Shown in pieces: positions 38,106 through 47,831 of a DNA stretch of 64,000 nucleotides (positions within the stretch are counted from its first letter, which is position 1; every line of letters begins with the position of its first letter). Location: the NCBI GenBank assembly GCA_027030065.1, contig JALVFK010000086.1:18479-82478 (forward strand). Direction: 5' to 3'. The notes under the pieces were generated by a model. The model ran no database searches. It saw nothing but the letters and a program-made list of their open reading frames with translations, and was not told where the DNA came from. A program made the translations under genes and the position numbers. Source of the DNA: Desulfurococcales archaeon. GTDB taxonomy: Archaea > Thermoproteota > Thermoprotei_A > Sulfolobales > WANQ01.

Positions 38106-38399
38106 CTACTCTTCTTCGCCTGATTCTTCAGAGGACATTATCTCTAAGGCCACTTCATACCACTCTTCTCTCTCTTGATCATATTCCTCCTTCTTTCTTA
38201 GCCTACGTTTAGGTGCCTCACTGACAAGCGAGGTTGTTAATACCCTTGATTCAGCGCTTATGTTTGCTTCAACACGGTACTCTTTAGCTATATTTGTTGA
38301 TGCTTCTACTTCAAAACCGCATTTAATGCATTTGAGGATTATTTTTCCATTCTTTTTCCTGGGAACCATTAATCCTCCACATTTCGGACAGAACTTCAT
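38106..38399 (-). CDS. Zn-ribbon protein (RPB9/TFS N-terminal-like) with acidic tail
   Basis: 'MKFCPKCGGLMVP...LKCIKCGF' four-Cys ribbon and C-terminal 'SSEESGEEE'. Confidence 0.6.
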   Translation of the reverse strand: MKFCPKCGGLMVPRKKNGKIILKCIKCGFEVEASTNIAKEYRVEANISAESRVLTTSLVSEAPKRRLRKKEEYDQEREEWYEVALEIMSSEESGEEE

Positions 38400-38482
38400 T
38401 ATCTTTAAACCTCAGACTAGCGTCTTGGGATTCTTGGTTTAGGTAGTATATATTGTTTACTATTTTTATGACGATTTTAAGC

Positions 38483-38782
38483 TTATTTTATTTTCTTAGC
38501 AATAGTATTTATCATATCATATATTTGGTCTACTTTAGCTTCTATTACCCTAATTCTTATCTTCATATCCTCTATTTCATGCTCCAGAATATGAAGTGAT
38601 GTAGCCATCGCTGATAATAGCTCATCTAATGCTACCTCACCGTGATGGTGATGATGGTGTTCATGAACATGTTCATGTGTGTGTTCTTCGGCGTGCATTT
38701 CCGAGACTTCCTCTACTACGGTCTCCAAGTCACGCTCCGTCTTCGGATGGCTCATTCTAAATTTACGTTTTTTTCCCGCCAT
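38483..38782 (-). CDS. histidine-rich small protein with C-terminal coiled coil
   Basis: 'HAEEHTHEHVHEHHHHHHGE', then 'HEIEDMKIRIRVIEAKVDQIYDMINTIAKKIK'. Confidence 0.55.
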   Translation of the reverse strand: MAGKKRKFRMSHPKTERDLETVVEEVSEMHAEEHTHEHVHEHHHHHHGEVALDELLSAMATSLHILEHEIEDMKIRIRVIEAKVDQIYDMINTIAKKIK

Positions 38783-38876
38783 TTTCTCTGACCGCCTCTA
38801 TCATAGTGTTAAGTATTATTGCCTCTTCCTTATACGTTAAACTCTGTTTTTAAATATTATCTCGAGTCTTACTACA

Positions 38877-39110
38877 TTATATATAACTTATATACTGGTT
38901 GATATTTCGGTACTTAATTACCTTGTAGACTCCTATACTCCTTCTTTCTACAAATCCGAGTTTTTCTAGTGCAGCTAGTATTCTTCCAGCCGATTTCGTT
39001 GAAATGCCGAGTTCTTCTGCAAGTTCTCTTACTCTAATCCACTTTTTCTTTTTGCTGAGTCTTTCGCCAAACTTAACGAGATCTATTGTTATAGATAGAT
39101 GTTTACGCAA
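38877..39110 (-). CDS. small winged-helix DNA-binding protein
   Basis: 'IRVRELAEELGISTKSAGRILAALEKLGFVERR'. Confidence 0.65.
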   Translation of the reverse strand: MRKHLSITIDLVKFGERLSKKKKWIRVRELAEELGISTKSAGRILAALEKLGFVERRSIGVYKVIKYRNINQYISYI

Positions 39111-39240
39111 TTATCCCCCATATACTATTATGGTAAATAAAACACTAAGCCGAAACTATTCAGATGATTGGGGGTAGTTCATCCCCTTTAAAGGTCATCG
39201 GTAATACCATTCATCATCTGTAAATATTATCTACGAATAC

Positions 39241-40059
39241 TTGCTTAATAAGGAGTTGGCGAGGTACAGAGTAAGTTATGGTGTACTAGTAGTGAGGAAG
39301 TACAATGTAATAGAGGTATTTAAGGAATCACTGTGGCTTGCTTCAACGGCTTATCTATTAGATTTGTCAGAATATTTATTAGAAGCATATGAAGCAAACA
39401 CAGTATACATAAGAAATTATCCACTAAACATAGAAGATTACACAAGTACACCTTCACCTGAAGTAATAGTACCAACAAATATTGTTGATGAGGAAGAACT
39501 AATGGTAGCCTTAGAGTTAATAGATAAGAGGTTTCTGGCTCCCAAAGTAGTATTTATTAATAGAGATGAGAGTATACCATTTGATTCAATAGATTATCTA
39601 TACTTATACGATAAGGCTATAGAAGTATTCTATAAATTAGCCTACAAGTTGCTCCGCCCACTCCTAGTTCCAGGAGCAAATGAGTATCTAGTAGCAGTAT
39701 TTGAGAACGCGAAAACAGCTATACTTGAAGGGAATAGAAATAATGTTAGAATACCATTAACTAAGAAGTTTAGAACTAGATTTATGGCTCATACTCATCC
39801 AAGCGGTATGTGTATTCCTAGTCATAAAGATATTGAATCCATAACACGTTTACTCATGGATGGGGGTTTCGGGGAAGTAATAATTTCTCCTACATGTTCT
39901 ATTGCAGTCTATAGGAGAGGTATGTTCATTAGTGAAGATTATGAAAAAATGATCATTATGGCTAAGAAGATATATAAGGCTAAGAACCTTGTGGACGTGT
40001 TAAGAATTCTAGCAAATTCACAAAAAGAATTGAAGAGTGTTAAGATAATAAACATATAG
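39241..40059 (+). CDS. JAMM/MPN+ metalloprotease-domain protein
   Basis: 'HTHPSGMCIPSHKD' is an exact H-x-H-x7-S-x2-D JAMM motif in the C-terminal domain. The N-terminal ~170 aa are unassigned. Confidence 0.7.
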   Translation: MLNKELARYRVSYGVLVVRKYNVIEVFKESLWLASTAYLLDLSEYLLEAYEANTVYIRNYPLNIEDYTSTPSPEVIVPTNIVDEEELMVALELIDKRFLAPKVVFINRDESIPFDSIDYLYLYDKAIEVFYKLAYKLLRPLLVPGANEYLVAVFENAKTAILEGNRNNVRIPLTKKFRTRFMAHTHPSGMCIPSHKDIESITRLLMDGGFGEVIISPTCSIAVYRRGMFISEDYEKMIIMAKKIYKAKNLVDVLRILANSQKELKSVKIINI

Positions 40060-40072
40060 TGAGGTAATAGAA

Positions 40073-41824
40073 TTGGAAAAAGTATATGAAGAAATAATAA
40101 GGCGAATTAAGGAAATATACGATTACGGTGAAATAATAACTGGAACAAGTAACGAGTTAAAAATAGTTGACTACATAGTTAGCGAGTTCCGAGAAATGGG
40201 TGTTGACGCACAGAAGACTCCTTTAAAGGTAATGTCGTGGCAACCCATAGAGGCAACCATAAGGGTCGGCAGAGAAGAAGTAGAGGCAACACTTCAACCA
40301 TACTCTCCAACAGCTAGTATAGAGGGAAGACTAGTACACATAAGAAGCATTGATAGAGACCTAGAGAAAATCCGGCTCTATGACGCAATAGTGCTAATAG
40401 AACTGAGTACAGTACTAGACGACTACGAACTACAATACTATAAACTAATGGAAGCTGGAGCACAAGCCATAATATTCTATGACCCCTACCCCAATAGAAG
40501 GAGAAGACTAGTAGCAACAGGATCACTAAACTACTCCTACAATCCTGGAAAACCCTTACCCATCCCCATACTGCATGTAACAAGAGAGGAAGGACTCAGA
40601 CTAGTAGGGAGGAGTAATGAAAGAATAAGAATAACAACTAAATCACGTATTAATCACAATGCGGTAGGATACAACGTTATAGCCTTAGTTCCTGGACATA
40701 GTGATAAACGCATAATATTATCAGCGCATCACGATCACTGGTTGGCTGGTGTATCAGATAACATAATAGGTGTAGCATTAATAATTGAAACAACTAAATA
40801 TTTATTAAAAGAGGAAATAAGAAACACGTTACAAATAGTATCCTTTACAGCAGAAGAATCGGGAGCTCCAGGATTTACACCCTGGTACTGGGCTTACGGA
40901 TCGAGGGTATTCGTAAGAGAACAAGAAGAACTAGGGTTAATAGACAATATTATAGCAGTATTAAATATTGATGCTCTAGCTAGAGGAATTCTCAACATAA
41001 ACGCTACAGGAATAGAATATCAAGCACTAATTAAGAGTATAGCGGATAAACTAGATATAGAGTATAAAGCCGGATTAGATCATCCATACTATGATAGCTT
41101 TAGTTTTAGCTCAAAGGGAATTCCATCAGCAACAATAAACACACTAGACAGTATAATGGACATATATCACACAGATAGAGATACAGTAGAAGTTTTAGAA
41201 AGCAATACAATACACAGAGCTTTCATGCTAACAATAGAAACTATGAGGATACTGTTAAAAAAGGAGAACCCCTTAAAAGAATACGGATATCTAACATATG
41301 CTAGAAAAATCTATGAGAAACTAGAGCAAACTCCGATAGAGTTGAAGATAAGAGGCTATAGGCTCCTCGAAGCGACTAGGAAGGCCTTATCTGAGAATAA
41401 ATATGAAAAACTGTTTAACGCATACAAGATAATTAATAGAGAATTAATCAAACCATTATTTAGAGGTAAATATGATGAAGATAGTGGAGGCTTTGAAACA
41501 ATACTAATACCACACATAGAAGTAATAGAGGATATGAACAAGATAAGGAAAACAATCAGTTTACTAGAAGATAATAAGATAGCAGATGCATTAAAAACAC
41601 TAGAAAACATACCACCCCAGAGAATTATCCCCGGGGAAGAGATAATACTAACAGAGTCACTATCAAGAACAATTCATAAGATAATACAAAGAAATCCAGA
41701 ACTAAAAGAAAACATGTTAGAAGTGCTAGAAGAAGAATTAAACGCTAAGGCTTCTCTACTAGAACATATTTTGAGAAAAGTGTCTAGTATACTTGATAAG
41801 GCTACAAATACCTTAATAGCTTGA
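40073..41824 (+). CDS. M28-family metallopeptidase with C-terminal helical extension
   Basis: PA-domain-like insert, 'LSAHHDHW', 'FTAEESG' and 'LNIDAL'. Confidence 0.75.
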   Translation: MEKVYEEIIRRIKEIYDYGEIITGTSNELKIVDYIVSEFREMGVDAQKTPLKVMSWQPIEATIRVGREEVEATLQPYSPTASIEGRLVHIRSIDRDLEKIRLYDAIVLIELSTVLDDYELQYYKLMEAGAQAIIFYDPYPNRRRRLVATGSLNYSYNPGKPLPIPILHVTREEGLRLVGRSNERIRITTKSRINHNAVGYNVIALVPGHSDKRIILSAHHDHWLAGVSDNIIGVALIIETTKYLLKEEIRNTLQIVSFTAEESGAPGFTPWYWAYGSRVFVREQEELGLIDNIIAVLNIDALARGILNINATGIEYQALIKSIADKLDIEYKAGLDHPYYDSFSFSSKGIPSATINTLDSIMDIYHTDRDTVEVLESNTIHRAFMLTIETMRILLKKENPLKEYGYLTYARKIYEKLEQTPIELKIRGYRLLEATRKALSENKYEKLFNAYKIINRELIKPLFRGKYDEDSGGFETILIPHIEVIEDMNKIRKTISLLEDNKIADALKTLENIPPQRIIPGEEIILTESLSRTIHKIIQRNPELKENMLEVLEEELNAKASLLEHILRKVSSILDKATNTLIA

Positions 41825-41875
41825 GAACTCCTACCATAAAACTACATAAAATCAAGGAACAGGAAGCGAGGACCT

Positions 41876-43483
41876 ATGAAAATACTATTGATAACATCAA
41901 GAGCAGCAAGCGGTATTGTTAAGGAAATAGTTGAAGAATTAAAGAAGCATTATGAGAAAATAAGCATAGATGTACACGTAGTGGATTATCCAACAGTTGC
42001 ATCATCTTTTACGGTGGAAATTCTGAGAAAGCAAGTACCAGTAGACCTTGCCCGCAACTATGATGTCATAATAGTTCCAGGTCTTACGCGAGGCGACTTA
42101 AGTGAATGGTCTAGAGTAATAGGAGTACCCATATATAAGGGTACAATACATGCAGTAGATATACCATTAGTTATCGAGGCACTAGCTAATAATGTAGAGT
42201 TATCGGGGAAAGTTCCAGCAGACCACATATTATATGAGAGAATTAGGGCTATGCTAAGAAACAGGTTGTTAAAGGAGCGGGCAAAAAACACGGTAGTGAT
42301 TAACTATAACGGTATAGAGATAGCAGATAGGAGTCCGCCAATAAGGCTTGTAGCAGAAATACCTCCTCGAGTAAGTGTTGATGAAGCAGTTGAAATGGCT
42401 AAGCGTTTCCAAGAAGAAGGTACTGACATAATAGTAGTTGGATCGAACGGTAGGAATATAGGGGAAACAATTGATAAAATAGTAAAAATATCAAAGACCA
42501 TCAGTAAGCCCCTAGGAATAGATACAAACAATCCTAGGGAAATTATCAAAGCATTAGATAAGGGGGTTTCAATAGTCTTTAGCTTAAACCAGGAACTAAT
42601 ATTAAAACTAGAAGATTATTCGAGAAAAGCCATATTTACATTAATACCGGATAGAGGATATGAAAATCCATGGAATATTAGTGAAAGAGTGAATAGCGTT
42701 CTCGATAACATAGATATAGCGTTAAAGCGAGGATACGATAAAATAATAATTGACCCCGTTCTCGGACCCCTTCCCCTAGGCTTTACTCCCTCCATTATAG
42801 CATTATATGAAATAAAGAAAAGGAAACCGGAAATACCAATAGTATTCTCAGCGAGCAATGTCATTGACTCAATAGAAGCAGACACTCATGGAATTCTTGC
42901 AATGTTAGCGGGGATGGCATTTGAGGTAGGCGCCAGTATATTCCACGTGGTTGAGGACGCACCCTATGAGTATGGTAGTGTTGCTGAGGCTCGAGTGGCA
43001 TTAGCGATGGCTGAAATAGCCTATGCTAGAAAGACTCAAGAGCGAGATATTGGGATAAACATGCTGGTATTAAAAGATAATAGAATAATAAGGCAAGAGC
43101 CTATAAAAGCTAAACAAGTAATAAGTGTAATAGAAAGAATAGAGCCGAGCCTGGATAGGGCAGGATATTTTAGAATACAAGTTAGTAAGAAAAGAGATGC
43201 AATAGAAGTAGGATTCTATAAGTATGGTCGAGACGATGAAGCAGAGATAAAAATAGTAGGCAGACATGGTCTAAGTATTGGGCGAAGGATTCTAGAAGAG
43301 GTAAAAGTTTCAGACCAACACATACTTTATCTGGGCTACGAGCTATCAAAAGCTGAAATAGCGTTAAAACTTCACAAAAACTATATTCAAGACGAGGAAC
43401 TATTTGAGACAGTAGATGATAAGCTGAAACTGGTAGATAAAATTGTTCGTCAAGGCGAAAATCCCACTACCACTGATAATTAA
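41876..43483 (+). CDS. dihydropteroate synthase-like (pterin-binding) protein, archaeal long form
   Basis: Central TIM-barrel pterin-binding-like region ('GTDIIVVGS', 'LGIDTNN', 'IIIDPVLGP') with N- and C-terminal extra domains. Confidence 0.55.
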   Translation: MKILLITSRAASGIVKEIVEELKKHYEKISIDVHVVDYPTVASSFTVEILRKQVPVDLARNYDVIIVPGLTRGDLSEWSRVIGVPIYKGTIHAVDIPLVIEALANNVELSGKVPADHILYERIRAMLRNRLLKERAKNTVVINYNGIEIADRSPPIRLVAEIPPRVSVDEAVEMAKRFQEEGTDIIVVGSNGRNIGETIDKIVKISKTISKPLGIDTNNPREIIKALDKGVSIVFSLNQELILKLEDYSRKAIFTLIPDRGYENPWNISERVNSVLDNIDIALKRGYDKIIIDPVLGPLPLGFTPSIIALYEIKKRKPEIPIVFSASNVIDSIEADTHGILAMLAGMAFEVGASIFHVVEDAPYEYGSVAEARVALAMAEIAYARKTQERDIGINMLVLKDNRIIRQEPIKAKQVISVIERIEPSLDRAGYFRIQVSKKRDAIEVGFYKYGRDDEAEIKIVGRHGLSIGRRILEEVKVSDQHILYLGYELSKAEIALKLHKNYIQDEELFETVDDKLKLVDKIVRQGENPTTTDN

Positions 43484-44129
43484 GGAATACAGAGTAGATG
43501 ATATAATAGTAGCCTTAGGATTAGCTATAGAAGATAAGCAGTTATCAATTGAGATCTTCCAACGGGATTCAAGTAAGTGCGAAGCTCCTCAAATAGTATG
43601 TTCTATACTAGGAGATATCAATGGATACAATATTAAAGCTAATGTAGAAGAATATGGAGAGGAAGGCGGGAAGGCGTTAAGAATACTATCATATATTGTT
43701 AAGGATATAATCTTTAATAAGACGTTAAATATAGTCCGAGCACTATCTAACACAAATATAGATAAGAAAGACAGCTCGATTCTATGCATAATAAGTAATG
43801 GTGGAATAATATTATCAATTACGAGAGATCCTTTAAACCCCGTTTGTTTTAGGATGCCAGCTAATGACTACTATTTAATAGAAGGTGATTGGAAAGAAAA
43901 ACAATTGTTTCTAGAGAATTTAGAAGACAATATTTTCTCCATGACTGAGAGACTATGGAATAGTAGAGAAACATTATTAGAAGTAAACTCAGTTATACTT
44001 AAAGCTATAGCTGCTTGGAGTAAAAGAGACAAGCAATACATTATAGTTAAAGAGAAGCCATCAACAATTAGCGGCTTAAGAACTTTTAAGATAAGTAGCT
44101 GGGGCCTCGACATAGATATAAGGATCTAG
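43443..44129 (+). CDS. hypothetical protein
   Basis: 228-aa AT-rich ORF. TTG start overlaps the upstream gene by about 40 nt. No motif recognised. Confidence 0.45.
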   Translation: MFVKAKIPLPLIIKEYRVDDIIVALGLAIEDKQLSIEIFQRDSSKCEAPQIVCSILGDINGYNIKANVEEYGEEGGKALRILSYIVKDIIFNKTLNIVRALSNTNIDKKDSSILCIISNGGIILSITRDPLNPVCFRMPANDYYLIEGDWKEKQLFLENLEDNIFSMTERLWNSRETLLEVNSVILKAIAAWSKRDKQYIIVKEKPSTISGLRTFKISSWGLDIDIRI

Positions 44130-44497
44130 TTTTCTGTATCATCAATAATGTGGGTGAAGTCTATAATATAGTCTTTAGATATTTTCCCATCAATTATTTT
44201 AATGCCTTCAATTTCTAGAAGCTTCTTCTTAACATTGGTACCTCCAAGTGAGTAGCCTCCAAGACTACCATTGCTCATTACCACTCTATGACAAGGGATC
44301 ACTATTGGCTTCTTATTAGATGCCATGAACCTAGCAATAGTGCGGGGATGTACTCCAATGACTTTGGCTAGAGCTTTATATGTAGTAACTTTCCCTATAG
44401 GTACAAGCATTAGGAGAGCGTATACCGCTTCTCTTAAATCACGGGTATCCGGTTTTCTTACAATTATTTTATTCTTCTTCTCTTCTAATACTATCAA
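44126..44497 (-). CDS. MGMT-family protein (DNA-binding/active-site domain only)
   Basis: 'TYKALAKVIGVHPRTIARFMASN' HTH and the active-site motif 'IPCHRVV'. 123 aa, lacking the N-terminal Ogt domain. Confidence 0.8.
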   Translation of the reverse strand: MIVLEEKKNKIIVRKPDTRDLREAVYALLMLVPIGKVTTYKALAKVIGVHPRTIARFMASNKKPIVIPCHRVVMSNGSLGGYSLGGTNVKKKLLEIEGIKIIDGKISKDYIIDFTHIIDDTEN

Positions 44498-44589
44498 CCC
44501 ATTTAGTCCTCATCTACTTTGTATTTTAGCTTGCTTGCAAACATAGATAACTGTAACGATAAAGTAGTATTAGGATAGGTGCGGACTTA

Positions 44590-45051
44590 GTGAATAGGAG
44601 CACTCACGTATTATTTGGTATGAGTTTATCGGTCTTAATACTTAACCCTCAACCAAGCGAGCTAGTTGGAATAATCACTTTAAGCGTTATAGGCTCTTAT
44701 CTCCCCGATGCTGATTTAAGGATAAAGCATCGTATGCTTATGCATAATGTTTTCGTCTTAACAATATTTTCAATTGTGTTATATTATGTCTTAAATTATA
44801 TATCAGTGAATAGTCTATGGATGAAGTTAGCGGCATTTATTATTGGATTCTTATCCCATATAGTTTTAGACATGCTAACCTATGCTGGAGTTGCCTTCTT
44901 TTATCCGCTATCTAGTAAACGATATAGAATAGCTAAGCTAAAATCAAATTCGCGTCTAGCAAATGCATTCTTCACATTGATATCTCTTCTATTATTACTT
45001 GTATGGATTTATAGAAATAAGCTTATTGACGTAAAGCCCTTTGGATTATAG
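44590..45051 (+). CDS. membrane-bound metal-dependent hydrolase (YdjM/DUF457-like)
   Basis: 'STHVLFGMSL', 'PDADL..H' and 'LSHIVLDMLTYAGV', with 4 TM helices. Confidence 0.65.
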   Translation: MNRSTHVLFGMSLSVLILNPQPSELVGIITLSVIGSYLPDADLRIKHRMLMHNVFVLTIFSIVLYYVLNYISVNSLWMKLAAFIIGFLSHIVLDMLTYAGVAFFYPLSSKRYRIAKLKSNSRLANAFFTLISLLLLLVWIYRNKLIDVKPFGL

Positions 45052-45705
45052 GAGCCCTAGTTCTATTGCTACTACACCGTATCTTTCCTCATCTTCAACG
45101 CTGTAATACTCGCGATATACCCTAACACCTTCATCTAAATCACGTATATCTGGCAAAACATGTTCTATTCCTTCTCTTTCAAGCATTTCTCTAAAACTAC
45201 TATAGCGTCTCAAGCCTAGAACAACAGCATATAAAAGAGTATTACATTTAGAACAACCTACTGGTTTGAAGGCAATACAGTCGCCTACTCCTATCTTCCT
45301 TCTTTTCTCATCATAGAGTCTTCCCTCAACAGTTTTTCTACCGTTAACTATATGCTCATACCATCTGTATTCGAGTTTCATTATATGAAGATTGTTTCCC
45401 AGACTACAAGTCCAGCAATGACCTCTAAAGCAAGCTAATATTTTATCTAGGAAGACATAGTTTGCATGGAGTAAGTCTAAGTCTATAGTATACTTGTGGG
45501 CTCCAATTATTGCTAGTTTATTGGGCTCTACTATTACATGTATGCTGTCGCATTGTATTTCTTTATATACACTTTTTACTGGTGCACCAATCTTATTCTG
45601 AATCTCCTCCAATAGTATTTTACTAACTTGTCTTTCATCTTGTAATATGTAGGTTGACCCATTACAGTATACTGCTATGTTCCCTTCTATTGTAGTTATA
45701 ATCAC
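45046..45705 (-). CDS. ASCH-domain protein with N-terminal extra domain
   Basis: C-terminal 'YEHIVNGRKTVEGRLYDEKRRKIGVGDCIAFK' is ASCH/PUA-like. Confidence 0.6.
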   Translation of the reverse strand: MIITTIEGNIAVYCNGSTYILQDERQVSKILLEEIQNKIGAPVKSVYKEIQCDSIHVIVEPNKLAIIGAHKYTIDLDLLHANYVFLDKILACFRGHCWTCSLGNNLHIMKLEYRWYEHIVNGRKTVEGRLYDEKRRKIGVGDCIAFKPVGCSKCNTLLYAVVLGLRRYSSFREMLEREGIEHVLPDIRDLDEGVRVYREYYSVEDEERYGVVAIELGLL

Positions 45706-45827
45706 TTATATTTCACCTAACCAAGTCCTTATATTGATGAGGTGCCGCTGTCCCCAAGACCGTAGAGGGATGACAGTATTTTTCATTAACCGATTCCTTT
45801 ACTCTTCTACATGTGGGTGAGGTATAA

Positions 45828-46241
45828 ATGCCTGTATATCATGATGAAATAATAATATCTACGAGTAAGCGGTTTGAGTTGATTGATATAACCGACCGTG
45901 TCGAGGAAATAGTTGTGAAAAGCGGTATAAGAAATGGCATATGCCTAGTTTTTGCGCCACATGCAACAGCAGCTATAGTGGCTAATGAACATGAATGGGG
46001 ATTACTACAAGATATATTGAATAGAATTAAGGAGTTGTTTCCACCAGATAGGGGTTGGCTTCATAATAGAATAGATGATAATGCTCATGCTCATGTAGGT
46101 TCAGCGATTATTGGTGCTGATAGAGTTTTCCCAGTTGTTAATGGTAGGCTTGTTAGAGGTACTTGGCAAAATATATTTGTTGTAGAAATGGATGGGCCGA
46201 GAAGTAGGCGGCGTATTATCGTCACTGTTATTGGTGAGTAA
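45828..46241 (+). CDS. YjbQ/UPF0047 family protein (secondary thiamine-phosphate synthase-like)
   Basis: 'ELIDITDRVEE', 'GICLVFAPHATAAI', 'DDNAHAH' and 'GTWQNIFVVEMDGPR'. Confidence 0.85.
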   Translation: MPVYHDEIIISTSKRFELIDITDRVEEIVVKSGIRNGICLVFAPHATAAIVANEHEWGLLQDILNRIKELFPPDRGWLHNRIDDNAHAHVGSAIIGADRVFPVVNGRLVRGTWQNIFVVEMDGPRSRRRIIVTVIGE

Positions 46242-46243
46242 GC

Positions 46244-46474
46244 TTATATCGGTGGTTTTACCCCCCTTTCAAGGTATTGTTTTTTAGGCCTTATTGTTAT
46301 AAGCCCGGCATCTTCATCTATCTCTACTATGAACTCAGTACCCCACTTTTCCACCATGTTTTTAGGTAAATACAAGTTTAACGGTAACGTAAAGTACTCA
46401 TACGTGTATTCTTTGCCTCTAACAACTTTTCTTCCTAGTACTTTTCTTGCTCTAGCTTCTCTAACACGAGGCAT
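46244..46474 (-). CDS. small basic hypothetical protein (AbrB/SpoVT-like fold possible)
   Basis: 76 aa with 'YFTLPLNLYLPKNMVEKWG..FIVEIDEDAGLITIRP'. Confidence 0.4.
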   Translation of the reverse strand: MPRVREARARKVLGRKVVRGKEYTYEYFTLPLNLYLPKNMVEKWGTEFIVEIDEDAGLITIRPKKQYLERGVKPPI

Positions 46475-46629
46475 AGGATCACCGCGCTGATATGTGCTTA
46501 AGAGCTTATAAATTCTTGTGCACTATACTCATAGTGGAATTATAAGTCCACTATTTTCTTACAATTAGCATCATTTATAAGTAGGTTATATTTACCTATT
46601 ACTGTACCGTTTAAACGGGGTTTATTAGA

Positions 46630-47829
46630 ATGCGAGAGCCGAGACTCTATATGTCTACCGCAGATGAGATAATTTCCGGAGAGGCAACTGACATCTATTT
46701 CGTTAGAACACGTAAAATCTTAGAAGCAAAGGGATTGGGGGACACGCTAGTAAGAATGGAAGTTCATGCATACAGTTTACCTAAAGGTTACGAGTGGGGC
46801 GTGTTTGCTGGTTTAGAAGAAGCATTAGCTATTCTCAAGGGAAAAAAAGTTAATGTATATGCGATGCCAGAGGGCACATTGTTTAAAGCGTTTGAACCAG
46901 TAATGATTATTGAAGGCCCCTATAATGAGATATCGGTATTAGAGACTCCTATTCTCGGAGTACTTAGGCATGCCACAAGTATTGCAACAAGAGCAGCTAG
47001 AATAAGAAAACTAGCACGTGACAAAACGGTATTATTCTTTGGATTGCGTGCCCTACATCCAGCAATATATCCCATGGCGGATCGTGCGGCATATATAGGT
47101 GGTGTTGATGGTGTGTCTGGTGTTTTATCGGGAAAGTACCTTGGAATTAAGCCTCAGGGTACGATGCCTCATGCACTAATACTAGTATTTGGTGACCCTG
47201 TTAGGGCTTGGAAGGCTTTTGACGAAGTAGTAGAAGAAGAGGTTCCTAGAATAGCCCTAACAGACACCCTATACGATGAAAGATATGAAGCATTACTAGC
47301 CGCGGAGGCTCTCGGAGAGCGATTATACGGAGTACGTTTCGATACCCCTGGTAGTAGAAGAGGCAATATGAAGAAGATAGTATATGAAGCCCGATGGACT
47401 CTTGACATTCATGGATACAACAAGGTTAAGATACTTGTTAGTGGGGGCATAAATGAGAAGACTATAGTTGAGCTAAGAGAATTAGTTGACGGGTTTGGTG
47501 TGGGAACTAGTATAGCTTTTCCACCAAGTATAGATTTCAGCATGGATATAGTTGAAAAATACATTGATAATAAATGGCACCCGTATAGTAAGAGAGGAAA
47601 ACTACCTGGCGCAAAACAAGTATATAGATGTAGGCCGGGACTTAATGATACAATGAGTTTACTGGACGAGGAACTACAGATTACATGCCCTAATGGTGGT
47701 AAGCCAATAAAATTACTAAGAAAGTACATAGAGAATGGTAAAATACTTGTAAATTTGCCGGACGTTAAGAATATCAGAAAATATGTCTTAGAACAGTTAG
47801 AGGAAGTACCTGAACCTCAGCCTATATAA
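46630..47829 (+). CDS. nicotinate phosphoribosyltransferase (archaeal type)
   Basis: 'ATDIYFVRT', 'GTMPHALIL', '[11 protein letters not shown]' and 'ILVSGGI'. Confidence 0.85.
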   Translation: MREPRLYMSTADEIISGEATDIYFVRTRKILEAKGLGDTLVRMEVHAYSLPKGYEWGVFAGLEEALAILKGKKVNVYAMPEGTLFKAFEPVMIIEGPYNEISVLETPILGVLRHATSIATRAARIRKLARDKTVLFFGLRALHPAIYPMADRAAYIGGVDGVSGVLSGKYLGIKPQGTMPHALILVFGDPVRAWKAFDEVVEEEVPRIALTDTLYDERYEALLAAEALGERLYGVRFDTPGSRRGNMKKIVYEARWTLDIHGYNKVKILVSGGINEKTIVELRELVDGFGVGTSIAFPPSIDFSMDIVEKYIDNKWHPYSKRGKLPGAKQVYRCRPGLNDTMSLLDEELQITCPNGGKPIKLLRKYIENGKILVNLPDVKNIRKYVLEQLEEVPEPQPI

Positions 47830-47831
47830 TT

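Noticed and set aside
45731-45790. C/D-like strings: TTGATGA-12 nt-CCCA ... GGGATGA
   Set aside because: No CTGA D box lies at the required spacing on either strand, and the would-be second guide is AT-rich (cagtatttttca). The region is more likely a hairpin (CTGTCCC/GGGATGACAG) in the divergent promoter region of the ASCH and yjbQ genes.
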